50,837 bases of DNA, taken from assembly GCA_048938855.1 (NCBI GenBank), contig JBHLLT010000008.1, forward strand, positions 61,971-112,807, given 5' to 3'. Origin of the DNA: Promethearchaeota archaeon (lineage in GTDB: Archaea > Asgardarchaeota > Lokiarchaeia > Sigyniarchaeales > SOKP01). Under the pieces are notes generated by a model. The model had not been told where the DNA came from. It saw only the letters and a list, made by a program, of their open reading frames with translations, and did not search any database. This document shows, piece after piece, positions 1 through 10,040 of the stretch (position 1 is the stretch's first letter; the number at the start of each line of letters is the position of its first letter). A program made the position numbers and the translations under genes.

Positions 1-1641
1 GTTAAAGTAATTGATGAAGCTGAGTTGTTATTAAAGCATATTTCTCATATATCTGAAAATCTTCTAATTACAAGAGACATTCGTTTAAATATACTGAAAG
101 CATGGATTAATATAGAGATAGGCAATGAAGAATTAGCGCTAAACTGCTTAAAATTAGTTTTAAAGGCAGAAAAAGAACTTGGTATCACATTCGAGATTGT
201 TTGGGCAAATATATTAATGGCACGCCTTATGTTTTGGGGAGTAAAAAAAAATTTTAATCTAGCAATAGAATACGCTGAGAAAGCATTATCTAAGGCAAAA
301 CAAATACAATTTAACCACTTGTGGATTGCGTCATGTCATTTACTTCTAGGGGCATTTAATTATGGAGTCGGTGAATTGGATACTAGCTTGAAACATAGGA
401 TTGAGAGTTTAGAAATCTTTAAAAAAATAAAAAACGAACCGTTTGTTGCTATAACACTCAATGATATTGGAGCTTTATATGCTGAAAAAGGCAAATATGA
501 TCTAGCTTTGGAATGTTTTGAAGAATCATTATTATTTAAAGAAATCCCATATATTAGAAAAGAGGGTGTGTTTTCTAATCTAGTACAGGCTGCTCTCGAA
601 AAGGGAGATCCTGAGCTAGCTCAGAATTATTTTCATCGTTTAGAAGAGATTTACTCAAGAAAACAGGATAGTTATACTGAATTACAATTCAAACAAAGTA
701 AAGCTAGGATACTAAAAAATAGCCCTCGAATCCGAGATAAAGCAAAAGCTCAAAAATTATTTAAACAAATAATAAATACAGAAACCTCACGCAAATTTGC
801 TTTTACTATAGATGCTTATATTAATCTATGTGATTTATTGCTTACAGAATTTCGAATAAGTAACGCTGATGAAATACTCGATGAATTAAATCACAATTTC
901 TCCGAATTATTAACTTTAGCTGAAAAATTTCACTCTTATAGAATTTTTTGTGAAACATTCATATTACAAGCTAGACTAGCTTTAGCTAATTTGGAATTGA
1001 AATCAGCTCGAAGATTTCTGACTCAAGCTCAAAAAATAGCTGAAAATTTCGGAAACAAACGATTAGCAATGAAAATCTCAAATGAACATGATAAATTACT
1101 TAGACATATAGAAATGTGGAAGAGTTTAAAAGAATCAGATGTGCCCTTATCTAAACGTTTGGAGCTTACTGGTTTGAACGAGCAAATTGAAAATATGGTA
1201 AAAAGACGAATGATTGAAGTTCCAGAGATATCAAAAGAAGACCCTGTTATGCTATTAATCTTAACGGAGGGTGGCAATCTTTTATTCTCTAAAAAATTTA
1301 TAGAAGATTTTTCATTTGAAGATGATATCTTAGGAGGCTTTCTAACAGCCGTAAATTACTTTATAAGTGAAGTTTTTTCTGAAGGACTTGATCGAGCGGT
1401 TTTTGGGCAATACACTCTGCTTATGATGCCTCTTCGACCATTCCTGGTATGTTATATCTTTAAAGGAGACTCATATTTTGCTCACCATAAGATTAATAAT
1501 TTTCTTGATTCCATACAGAATGACAGTCATATTTGGCAATCATTACAGATCTTTTTCCAAAAGAGTAAATTAGTTCAACTAAACGATATTCCTTCTCTTG
1601 AATCTAAAATAATGGAAATTTTTGTTGAGAAAAAAGATTAA
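1..1641 (+). CDS. TPR-repeat protein with C-terminal longin-like domain (5'-truncated by window edge)
   Basis: Frame is open from base 1 (VKVIDEAELLLK), aligning with internal FKKIEEAEELLK of the paralog at 2669. TPR motifs (TLNDIGALYAEKGKYDLALECFEESL). C-terminal PVMLLILTEGGNLLFSKKF..ILGGFLTAV..YTLLM..FLVCYIF fits a longin/profilin-like pattern. Confidence 0.8.
   Translation, partial: VKVIDEAELLLKHISHISENLLITRDIRLNILKAWINIEIGNEELALNCLKLVLKAEKELGITFEIVWANILMARLMFWGVKKNFNLAIEYAEKALSKAKQIQFNHLWIASCHLLLGAFNYGVGELDTSLKHRIESLEIFKKIKNEPFVAITLNDIGALYAEKGKYDLALECFEESLLFKEIPYIRKEGVFSNLVQAALEKGDPELAQNYFHRLEEIYSRKQDSYTELQFKQSKARILKNSPRIRDKAKAQKLFKQIINTETSRKFAFTIDAYINLCDLLLTEFRISNADEILDELNHNFSELLTLAEKFHSYRIFCETFILQARLALANLELKSARRFLTQAQKIAENFGNKRLAMKISNEHDKLLRHIEMWKSLKESDVPLSKRLELTGLNEQIENMVKRRMIEVPEISKEDPVMLLILTEGGNLLFSKKFIEDFSFEDDILGGFLTAVNYFISEVFSEGLDRAVFGQYTLLMMPLRPFLVCYIFKGDSYFAHHKINNFLDSIQNDSHIWQSLQIFFQKSKLVQLNDIPSLESKIMEIFVEKKD
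1217..1604 (+). repeat. High-identity paralogous segment (copy 1), longin-like domain coding region
   Basis: Aligns to 4188-4575 at a constant offset of 2971, with long identical runs (e.g. gaagaccctgttatgctattaatcttaac). Confidence 0.8.
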
Positions 1642-1800
1642 TGAAAGTTTGTTGACTATCATCTTCTAAAATTGATATTAATGCTCCGATGGTTTATATC
1701 TATTTTCAAAACTTCCATTTATTTTCGAAATTTTCAAAGAACTGTCGAAAGTAGAACTATAAATGATAGATATCTATACTTTTCAGTGATCATCATAAAG

Positions 1801-2382
1801 ATGATAAAACTGAAATTTAGAAAAATTGAGTTGATCAAAATTAACAGATCGAAATTAATACCAAAAGTATTTGTAGGTTTAGCTGTTTTAACAACAATCT
1901 TAGGCATAACCTCAGTAGCTAGAGCCGGTGCCCCTCCATTTATTTGGGAATACTTCCAATATAATGTTATTAGTTGGGGTTGGGATGTAGAGATTCCACA
2001 AGATGAGCCATGTTTATGGGCAGTTGGTACCGCATGTACTGACTGGGAAATTGAGACGGGTTACTACCCTGAACCTCCATTTAATCATGAAGTGTATATT
2101 GATGGAGAAAAAATAGTTTTACGCAGGTTTGTGTTCTATGACGAGTTTGGGTATGTATTTGGGATTCCTGATACCAAATGGTTTTGTTTTTATCATGTTT
2201 TTGAAGCGGGTTACTTTACCAACGGCGTACATAATGTTATACATGAAGTATTGGTTCAAAAACCTTATGCAGGAAGTGAAACTTATGGATGGAGAGTTTT
2301 TGTAAATTATGAGGGTCCTGTAAATTTGTATGGAGAAGTAGGAGTACCGCAAGTACTAACTTACACTATAACCGTTGTTTAA
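1801..2382 (+). CDS. Hypothetical secreted/surface protein
   Basis: In-frame ATG at 1801 (track starts at 1672). Basic N-terminus, hydrophobic stretch and AxA site (VFVGLAVLTTILGITSVARA), then an aromatic, beta-rich region. Confidence 0.6.
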   Translation: MIKLKFRKIELIKINRSKLIPKVFVGLAVLTTILGITSVARAGAPPFIWEYFQYNVISWGWDVEIPQDEPCLWAVGTACTDWEIETGYYPEPPFNHEVYIDGEKIVLRRFVFYDEFGYVFGIPDTKWFCFYHVFEAGYFTNGVHNVIHEVLVQKPYAGSETYGWRVFVNYEGPVNLYGEVGVPQVLTYTITVV

Positions 2383-2385
2383 ACG

Positions 2386-2529
2386 CCCTCACCTCATAAC
2401 AACGAGGGTGAAAAAGGGAAATTTTAATTTTAAATCAGGGAATAGAAGTGGAGGAGTTGGGTTAGCTAAACTACTTCCTGACAAAGCTACTACCAAACCA
2501 ATAATCATCCCTTCTATACTTCTTTTTTT
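2386..2529 (+). terminator. Two stem-loops followed by a T-tract; terminator or structured 3' UTR
   Basis: TCACCTC(2389-95)/GAGGGTGA(2404-11); ATAGAAG(2442-48)/CTTCTAT(2511-17) with GGA/TCC; T-run at 2523-29. Confidence 0.35.
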
Positions 2530-2668
2530 CTTTATAAACCTTAATAACTATGCAGAAAATGCATTTAATTTTTGAACAGGAATTAAAAATCTCTTTCCTT
2601 TACATTATATTTAAAAAGATTATTAGCCTAATATTTTCATAAGGTTATAATCCAATTCAATTAAATAT

Positions 2669-4603
2669 ATGTCTCATCCCAAGCTAAACCAACTAACAAG
2701 AGCGGAAGAACTTTTTGATGAAGGTGAGCTTGAGAAGGCTCTTGAAATATTAAACGATCGGAGTCAATTTAAGGGGCTAGATGCTCAACAAAAAATCTAT
2801 TATCAGTACCTTAAGGGCTTAATTCTATTGTATCAACATAAAACCGAAGAAGCTATTAAGTTCGGTGAACAATTATTTAAAGAAGGGCAAAATCTTAATG
2901 ACAATCTCCAATCATTTGATGGATTATTTTTTATTATCAATGGATCATGTTTAGCTAATAAATTCGATGATGCATTCAAAAAAATTGAAGAAGCTGAAGA
3001 ATTATTAAAAATTATTTCTAGTGAACCTAAGAATGAGTTAATTTTAAGAGAGATTCGTTTAAATTTGCTAAAAGCATGGATAAATATGAGTTTTGGTAAT
3101 ATTGATATAGCAGAAAAGTATTTTGAAGAGATCCTAAGTAAAAAAAAAGAACTTGGTAATACTTTTGAAATCGTTTGGGCTTATAGTCTAATGATACAAA
3201 ATATGCTTTGGGTAAAAGGTAGACCTGATCTTGCTATGAAATACAATAAAAAATTATTATTACAAGCAAAGGAAATTAAATTTAACCACTACTGGATTGC
3301 TATTTATCATGGTTATAAGGGGGTAATATATCAAGCTATTGGAGAGCTAGATAAAAGCTTGAAGCATTATTTAACTTGTAAAAGATTAATTAAAGAATTA
3401 CAAAGTGATTTTCTGAATGCTCCTATATTTAATAATATTGGGAATGTTTATTGTGAAAAGGGAGAATATGACCTTGCTTTGAAATATTTGGAAGAAAGTT
3501 TATTATTTCATAAAGCCCAATATAAAGTGCTTCACCCAGGCTATCTTTGTAGTATAATCTCTATAGCTCTTAAAAAAGGTGATATTGATTATGCTCAAAA
3601 ATATTTTCAACGCCTAGAAAATATATATAATCAAACACCGGATAGTTATATCAAATTACTTTACCAATACAATAAAGCTTTAATATTGAAAACCAGCTCT
3701 CGAATACGAGACAAAGCAAAAGCTGAGAAATTATTAAAACAAGTTATCAAAAAAGGAGGTTTTGAATTTCTTCAATTAAGTGATGCTTATATTCATCTTT
3801 GTGACTTACTCCTTGCGGAATATCGTACTTATAATTATGATGAAGTTCTTGAAGAACTTAATCAAAATATTGCTCAATTATTAACTATTGCTGAAAATTC
3901 ACATTCTTATCGTGTTTTTTGTGAAACTTTTGTATTAAAATCCAAATTAGCTTTATTAACTTTTGATATGAAAGCAGCTCGAAGATACTTAACTCAAGCT
4001 CAGAAAATTGCGGAATCTTATGGCCTAAAACGATTAGCAATGAAAATCTCAATTGAACATGATAATTTACTAAAAGAATTAGATAAGTGGGAAAATTTAA
4101 ATGAATCAAAAGCAAGTCTGACGGAGCGTATTAAATTGGCCCGATTAGATGATCAGATGACAGTAATGCTAAAAAAACGGTCATTGAAAGTTCCAGAGAT
4201 ATCAAATGAAGACCCTGTTATGCTATTAATCTTAACCGAGGGTGGGATTCTTTTATTCTCTAAAAAATTTATCGAGGATTTTTCATTTGAAGATGATATC
4301 TTAGGAGGTTTTCTAACTGCGATAAATTATTTTATTAGTGAGGTATTTTCTGAAGGTCTTGATAGAGCGGTTTTCGGTCATTATACACTTCTTATGATGC
4401 CTCTTCAACCATTTTTGATATGCTATATCTTTAAAGGGGCTTCGTATTTTGCTCAACATAAGATAAAAACTTTTGTTACTTCATTAAAGAATGACAATAT
4501 TACTTGGCAATCTTTACAGAAATTTTTCCAAAAGAGTAAATCAGTTCAATTAAACGATATTCCATCGCTTGAATCATTAATTACAGAGATTTTTTTAGAA
4601 TAA
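2669..4603 (+). CDS. TPR-repeat protein with C-terminal longin-like domain
   Basis: TPR motifs (FNNIGNVYCEKGEYDLALKYLEESL). C-terminal domain nearly identical to that of 1..1641. Confidence 0.85.
   Translation: MSHPKLNQLTRAEELFDEGELEKALEILNDRSQFKGLDAQQKIYYQYLKGLILLYQHKTEEAIKFGEQLFKEGQNLNDNLQSFDGLFFIINGSCLANKFDDAFKKIEEAEELLKIISSEPKNELILREIRLNLLKAWINMSFGNIDIAEKYFEEILSKKKELGNTFEIVWAYSLMIQNMLWVKGRPDLAMKYNKKLLLQAKEIKFNHYWIAIYHGYKGVIYQAIGELDKSLKHYLTCKRLIKELQSDFLNAPIFNNIGNVYCEKGEYDLALKYLEESLLFHKAQYKVLHPGYLCSIISIALKKGDIDYAQKYFQRLENIYNQTPDSYIKLLYQYNKALILKTSSRIRDKAKAEKLLKQVIKKGGFEFLQLSDAYIHLCDLLLAEYRTYNYDEVLEELNQNIAQLLTIAENSHSYRVFCETFVLKSKLALLTFDMKAARRYLTQAQKIAESYGLKRLAMKISIEHDNLLKELDKWENLNESKASLTERIKLARLDDQMTVMLKKRSLKVPEISNEDPVMLLILTEGGILLFSKKFIEDFSFEDDILGGFLTAINYFISEVFSEGLDRAVFGHYTLLMMPLQPFLICYIFKGASYFAQHKIKTFVTSLKNDNITWQSLQKFFQKSKSVQLNDIPSLESLITEIFLE
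4188..4575 (+). repeat. High-identity paralogous segment (copy 2)
   Basis: Matches 1217-1604; many differences are at third codon positions. Confidence 0.8.
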
Positions 4604-4715
4604 AAATTCTTAGTAATTTACTATTCAATCATTCTAAATCACAAAAATTTTATATTAGACAAAAGCTAATCTTTCTTTAAGAAATATTATATTTTCATTA
4701 AGATATAGAAATCTA

Positions 4716-5264
4716 ATGAAGATTTCTGAGACATTTCGATTTAAGATAGTAGTTGTAGGAGATGGGGCCGTAGGTAAAACGTCCTTAATTAAAAAATTCA
4801 CTCAAGGAACATTTGAAAAGGATTATGTAAAGACTATTGGAGCTCAATTTTCAAAATATCACAAGGAATTTAATGGAGATAAGGTCAGGTTAGTATTTTG
4901 GGATATAGCAGGTCAGGATGATTTCAATTTTCTGCATCACCTGTTTTATAAGGAGAGTAAAGCAGCGATTATAGTATATAGTCTTGAAGAAAATGAACTT
5001 GGTCAAAATAGCCTAACCCATATAAACAACTGGTATGAAGTAGTAGAAAAAAATTGTGGAACTATTCCTATAGTTTTATTTGCTAATAAAGTTGATTTAG
5101 TGGATGAAAATAGTATAAATAAGACAAAACTCCAAAAACTTATTGATGAACATAATTTTTTAAAATTTTTTTTCACATCCGCAAAAACAGGGCAAGGAGT
5201 AGTTGAGGCTTTTAACACAATTATTGAGCAACTTTACTTAAGATTTAAGACTTTAGAAAAATAA
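4716..5264 (+). CDS. Rab/Ras-like small GTPase
   Basis: G1 GDGAVGKT, G2 TIG, G3 WDIAGQ, G4 NKVD, G5 SAK. No C-terminal prenylation Cys. Confidence 0.95.
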   Translation: MKISETFRFKIVVVGDGAVGKTSLIKKFTQGTFEKDYVKTIGAQFSKYHKEFNGDKVRLVFWDIAGQDDFNFLHHLFYKESKAAIIVYSLEENELGQNSLTHINNWYEVVEKNCGTIPIVLFANKVDLVDENSINKTKLQKLIDEHNFLKFFFTSAKTGQGVVEAFNTIIEQLYLRFKTLEK

Positions 5265-5357
5265 AACCATATTTTTGATTTTATTAGTATAAAAAATATT
5301 GGGTTTTTAAATCTATTTTTGAATTATTAATTAAATAGAAATTGCGTTGTTTTAATA

Positions 5358-5984
5358 TTGATTATAGATCACAGTCAAAAAACAATAAGTATTAAAATCG
5401 TATATTTTGGACCTGCTCTATCAGGTAAAACAACTTCAATTAAAGCCCTATTCTCTCAGTTTGGTAAAGAAAAAGAAATATTTTCCATAGAAAGTACGTT
5501 AAACAGAACACTGTTTTTTGATTATGGAACGGTGACTTTTGAAAATAAAGAATGGGGTTTGAAAATACATATTTATACCACTACCGGACAAGATTTTTAT
5601 TTTGTTACCCGTCCTATTACACTAAGAGCAGTAGATGGAGTAATTTTTGTCATCGATTCCAATAAAGAAGTTTTCGAAAGGAACTTAACTTCATGGCAAG
5701 AATTAATCACCTATTTTAATAATAATATAGATGATCTACCAATAATTATTGCTTTTAATAAACAAGACTTAAATGAAGAAATCAAATTTAATCCTATAGA
5801 TTTCTTAAATGTGATCAGATTTCATAATTATAAAAATATAGATACACGGTATACAAGTGCTTTGAGAGGAGAAGGAATTTTAAATTGTTTTGAAGATATT
5901 TTGAGATTAGTATTAAGAAAATATTATAATAATAAATTGGTCTCAACAATAAACCAAAAAAGTATTAATTTAACTAACTTCTAA
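5358..5984 (+). CDS. MglA-like small GTPase
   Basis: KIVYFGPALSGKTT, RTLFFD, YTTTGQ (MglA-type G3 without Asp), DGVIFVIDS, NKQD, SAL. Confidence 0.85.
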   Translation: MIIDHSQKTISIKIVYFGPALSGKTTSIKALFSQFGKEKEIFSIESTLNRTLFFDYGTVTFENKEWGLKIHIYTTTGQDFYFVTRPITLRAVDGVIFVIDSNKEVFERNLTSWQELITYFNNNIDDLPIIIAFNKQDLNEEIKFNPIDFLNVIRFHNYKNIDTRYTSALRGEGILNCFEDILRLVLRKYYNNKLVSTINQKSINLTNF

Positions 5985-7198
5985 AAAAAGCTTGCTTCTG
6001 CGACAGGAGATTGAATTCTTATTCTTTGTTGACTGTTATCTTCTAATATACTAATTAAAGCAGTTATATTCTGTTTTGTCTCATAAATAATTTCTTTCTC
6101 CTCTCCTTTCTTCCACGTATTAAATCCAGTCAAACGAGAGCTGGTCTCGAAGAGGCCTTCTTGAAGTCCAGAGATGTTGACAGTAACTCCTTTAAGATCT
6201 TCTTTTGAGATGTTTTTTATTCTTAAATTATATTTATCAATATCTGAATCTATTGAAATTACTTTATAGATCTTTTGAAATTTTGAAATTCCATCAAATA
6301 ATGATGAAGCTGCCGCAGTTCCTTCTGAAAATAGTTCAACTCCTGCTTTTTCTTTAGATATTTGTCCTGTCGTAATAGTAATGGGAATTTCTAATTTGAG
6401 AAGCTCTTGTCCGAACTCAGGTTTCTTTTTTCCAATAACTAAAAGCGACCACTTTGTGTATGCACCATATCGAAAACCAAACATCTCTTTTTCAGAGGGA
6501 GACCATAAATAATTATGACTTGGCTCCGCAACTTCTGGAACTTTTAAGAGGACAAAATCTTTTTCAAAATTTTGGGTTTTTACATCTCCAGCTATTGCTG
6601 GGGGAAGTTCTTCCACTTTACTACAATTTTGACCATACGCTTCACAATAACACACTAAATTCGAATTTTGGAGTAATCTTACTTCAAGTTGTTTAAGTTC
6701 TTCGGAAGTATAACCAATTTTTATAGTTTCTCCCGGTTTAAACATATCTTTAGTAAGTAAAACGTTTAACCCAGAAATCGAAAAAGATATTGGATTTGGT
6801 GATTTAGCATGCAGTCCAGAATTTCTTGCTTTTATCTCAATATCATGAGTTTTATTAATAATTAAATCATCTTCGGGATTAATTGGATTTGGTTGTCTTA
6901 AAATAAGTTTTAAGTGATATTCAAGGCTTCTATTCTTAATCGTTGGAATTACATTACTCTTAATTAATAATGATTTTTCACGAATATACTCTCCAGATTC
7001 GAAATGACCTTTTGAAAATATATCTTCTTTCGAAACTTGTAGCTCCTTCTGACATGGAGGATTTGTAATTAATCTAACACCACTCCATAAAATATCAGTG
7101 TCTTCTTCGAAAATAAATCGGGCTCTAAAATTTAATTTATCTCCAATAAATATGGAACCGTTGTTTAAGTCGCTTAATTCTAGTTTTGCCAAATCCAA
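5981..7198 (-). CDS. Arrestin-fold (alpha-arrestin/Vps26-like) protein with extra C-terminal Ig-like domain
   Basis: GEYIREKSLLIKSNVIPT..LEYHLKLILRQP resembles arrestin-N; LNVLLTKDMFKPGETIKI..LEVRLLQ and LEIPITI resemble arrestin-C. Fold inferred by eye. Confidence 0.55.
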   Translation of the reverse strand: MDLAKLELSDLNNGSIFIGDKLNFRARFIFEEDTDILWSGVRLITNPPCQKELQVSKEDIFSKGHFESGEYIREKSLLIKSNVIPTIKNRSLEYHLKLILRQPNPINPEDDLIINKTHDIEIKARNSGLHAKSPNPISFSISGLNVLLTKDMFKPGETIKIGYTSEELKQLEVRLLQNSNLVCYCEAYGQNCSKVEELPPAIAGDVKTQNFEKDFVLLKVPEVAEPSHNYLWSPSEKEMFGFRYGAYTKWSLLVIGKKKPEFGQELLKLEIPITITTGQISKEKAGVELFSEGTAAASSLFDGISKFQKIYKVISIDSDIDKYNLRIKNISKEDLKGVTVNISGLQEGLFETSSRLTGFNTWKKGEEKEIIYETKQNITALISILEDNSQQRIRIQSPVAEASFF

Positions 7199-7460
7199 AC
7201 AGATTTAATATTAATTATCTTCTTAATTTTATTAATTAAAAGATAGACTTTTATAAAAATTTTTTATTATTATTTGTTAAGACTTACGGATTTAAGTATT
7301 TTAGCTAGACTCTTAGGAATTTTCTCAATAATGTTGATGTTTTGGAGAATTTATTGGAATTGTTCGTACGTTTGAGTCAAAATTATTGAATTGTAAAAAA
7401 GTAAATAACTTCAATTTTTATTATAAATACTATACAAAAAGTAGCCATTTTATAAAGGAA

Positions 7461-8177
7461 ATGACAGAAAGATTGGATGATATTAAAGCAATTCTTTTTG
7501 ATCTTGATAAAACACTTTTAGAGATAAATCTAGATGAGTTTATTCCTCAATATTTGAAACTTCTTGCAGAGAGTGTTGCTCATTTAAATATATCCCCCAA
7601 AAAATTTATTTCAAAAATTCTTATGGCCTCTAAAGCTATTGAAAGAAATAACGGGCACATTACCAATGAAGAAGTGTATGTGAATAACTTCTTTCCCATA
7701 GAAGGGTATTCTCGTGAGGATATTGAACCTTTCTTTAATGAATTCTATAAAAATAGATTTCAAAAATTGAAATATTGTACTCAACAAAAACCTGAGGCAA
7801 GAGAGGTGGTTCAAGCTGCATTTGACAAAGGATATGATTTAGTAATAGCTACAATGCCTGTTCTACCAAGAACTGCTATTGAACAACGTCTTGAATGGGC
7901 AGGTGTAGCCGATTTTCCTTACCGTTTAATAACAACTATCGAAAACAGCTGTGCTACCAAATCGTTAATACATTTAATATATTATGAACAAATTTTAAAT
8001 AGATTAGGATACTCTGCTAAAAATTGTTTGATGGTAGGAGATGAAGATCATGATATGATAGCTGGAAGGTTAGGAATGAAAACATTTCTTATAACTGATA
8101 ATGATAAAATATTAGGTCCTGATATTCCAGAACCAACATTTAAAGGAACTTTATCTGATTTAAAACCATTACTTTAA
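7461..8177 (+). CDS. HAD-superfamily hydrolase
   Basis: Motif I ILFDLDKT, motif IV MVGD..HD. ATG at 7461 follows AAGGA (track starts at 7386). Confidence 0.9.
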   Translation: MTERLDDIKAILFDLDKTLLEINLDEFIPQYLKLLAESVAHLNISPKKFISKILMASKAIERNNGHITNEEVYVNNFFPIEGYSREDIEPFFNEFYKNRFQKLKYCTQQKPEAREVVQAAFDKGYDLVIATMPVLPRTAIEQRLEWAGVADFPYRLITTIENSCATKSLIHLIYYEQILNRLGYSAKNCLMVGDEDHDMIAGRLGMKTFLITDNDKILGPDIPEPTFKGTLSDLKPLL

Positions 8178-8182
8178 AATTT

Positions 8183-8356
8183 TTAATCTGTTTTTTTCCA
8201 TGTATAAGCAAGCTTACTCATATTATATATTGCTGGTGGAGGATCCTCTAACAACATCTTGCCAAGGCATTTCGCACATAAATATACTTCTCTATTTTTA
8301 TCAGTAAAGAAGCACATATACAAATTTTCTTCTTGAAGGCATCCCTCGCACCTCAT
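8183..8356 (-). CDS. Small CxxC..CxxC zinc-finger protein (57 aa), not in ORF track
   Basis: Manual translation MRCEGCLQEENLYMCFFTDKNREVYLCAKCLGKMLLEDPPPAIYNMSKLAYTWKKTD*. Confidence 0.65.
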   Translation of the reverse strand: MRCEGCLQEENLYMCFFTDKNREVYLCAKCLGKMLLEDPPPAIYNMSKLAYTWKKTD

Positions 8357-8529
8357 TATTCATCTAACAATCTGTGTTTAAAGATTAAAAATCTTATTAT
8401 TAAAATTTCAATAATATTTAATGTACTTCTAATTCTAAATTTGGTATTATGTGAGATAAGACATCTTAATTCATGAATTCTTTTAAATCATTGCGATAAA
8501 TCTACCTTTTAAAATTATATGGAACGCCT

Positions 8530-9111
8530 TTAATCCTGGTTGATCAATTTTTTTATTTCCTCATATCTATAACAGTTTTGGACATGGTCATTCACCATGC
8601 CCACAGCTTGCATAAAAGCATAGCATATTGTAGGACCAACAAACTTGAATCCTCGTTTCTTTAAATCCTTACTCATCTGTTCTGATTGTTCAGTTTTAGA
8701 TGGAAGTTCTGAAAGCTCTATAAACTTATTATCAATAGTTTTATAATTTACAAATTTCCATATATATTTGTCAAAGGAACCGATTTCTTTCTTTATCTTT
8801 ATAAAAGCTTTAGCGTTTGTAATTACGGCTTCAATTTTAAGTCTATTCCTTATGATGCCTTCATTCTCCATTAATTTTTCGATTCTTTGTTCAGTGTATT
8901 TCGCAATTCGATTATAATCAAAATTCTCGAAGGCGTTTCTATATTCTTCACGTTTTTTTAGAATAGTACTCCAACTTAAACCTGCTTGAGCACCCTCTAA
9001 AATCAAAAACTCAAAAAGAAGCTGATCATCATGCACCGGATTGCCCCATTCGAGATCGTGATAAATGACCATTTGATCATCATTTTCTGCCCATTTACAT
9101 CGATTTACCAT
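8530..9111 (-). CDS. tag: DNA-3-methyladenine glycosylase I
   Basis: RCKW..YHDLEWG, LFEFLILEGAQAGLSW, IIRNRLKI, FKFVGPTICYAFMQAVGMVNDH. Confidence 0.96.
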   Translation of the reverse strand: MVNRCKWAENDDQMVIYHDLEWGNPVHDDQLLFEFLILEGAQAGLSWSTILKKREEYRNAFENFDYNRIAKYTEQRIEKLMENEGIIRNRLKIEAVITNAKAFIKIKKEIGSFDKYIWKFVNYKTIDNKFIELSELPSKTEQSEQMSKDLKKRGFKFVGPTICYAFMQAVGMVNDHVQNCYRYEEIKKLINQD

Positions 9112-9286
9112 TTCAAACTAACCACATATTGTTAATAATAATAGACATAATGTTTAAAGTCAATTTTACAATAAAAACCATCCTAATTTATAAAGTAATT
9201 CGATTTTTCATCATTAACTTGGAAATCTGGTCACATTAGAAGATGAAAGAAAAAGAATATAAACTACGAGTATCTTACTTTCCTTA

Positions 9287-9577
9287 ATGAGAGAAGTTTG
9301 GAAAGATCTAATTGCCCTTTTTATTTTTTTGGCTGTAAACTTTTTTGTATTTTATATTCGCACTTTAGCGAGAACACCATATCAGATCTTAATCACTAAT
9401 GTATTATTTACTATGGCAACTATTATGAGTATTTTAATTTCTGTCACATTTTTACATAATTTATTTAAAAGAGATCTAGACATGAAATATTGGCATAAGT
9501 GGAAAATAGAACATGCTGAAGAACTTGTAAATGATCCTCTACCAGAAGGATTTAGTGAGAGAAAACAAGAAATTTAA
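9287..9577 (+). CDS. Small two-TM membrane protein
   Basis: Two hydrophobic segments and a charged tail. Confidence 0.6.
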   Translation: MREVWKDLIALFIFLAVNFFVFYIRTLARTPYQILITNVLFTMATIMSILISVTFLHNLFKRDLDMKYWHKWKIEHAEELVNDPLPEGFSERKQEI

Positions 9578-9614
9578 CAATTAATGTATTAAAAAAGATA
9601 ATTTATTAAAAATA

Positions 9615-9890
9615 TTGGTTGTAGATATGAAAGATTCATACCAAAGCTTGATCGCTTCTGCGATTTTACTTTTTATTGGGCTATTAATGATTTTAATCGG
9701 ACATATACGTGGTACTTATTATAGTGTTGTTATATTCTCATATATCAGTTTCTTTTTCTTTCTTTTAAGTTTCCTTACATTTCTTACTTTTCTATATAGC
9801 ATTTTTCATAAAGATTATAAAGTGAAGAAACAAACTGATTTAGATCCAATATTAGATGATACATATAAAAAATTCGCAGACAAAGATTAA
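9615..9890 (+). CDS. Small two-TM membrane protein
   Basis: Same layout as the upstream gene (FLHNLFKRD vs FLYSIFHKD; DPL/DPI); possible diverged paralog. Confidence 0.6.
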   Translation: MVVDMKDSYQSLIASAILLFIGLLMILIGHIRGTYYSVVIFSYISFFFFLLSFLTFLTFLYSIFHKDYKVKKQTDLDPILDDTYKKFADKD

Positions 9891-10040
9891 TTTATTTTTT
9901 ACTTTAAATCCGAAAAATTATACTTTTATTATTTTAAAAAACCTTTTCTCATTCTGTTAGATTTTTAGAAAAGTAAAATTTATTTAATTGAAGTGTAGGC
10001 AAAAAAAAAGATAAGTGTAAAAATAATATAGATTTAAAGA

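Noticed and set aside
2375-2575. 66-aa ORF in the track
   Set aside because: No recognisable motif; it overlaps the stem-loop/T-tract region and the upstream stop.
1217-4575. Diversity-generating retroelement TR/VR pair
   Set aside because: No reverse transcriptase in the window, both copies are coding, and mismatches are not adenine-specific.
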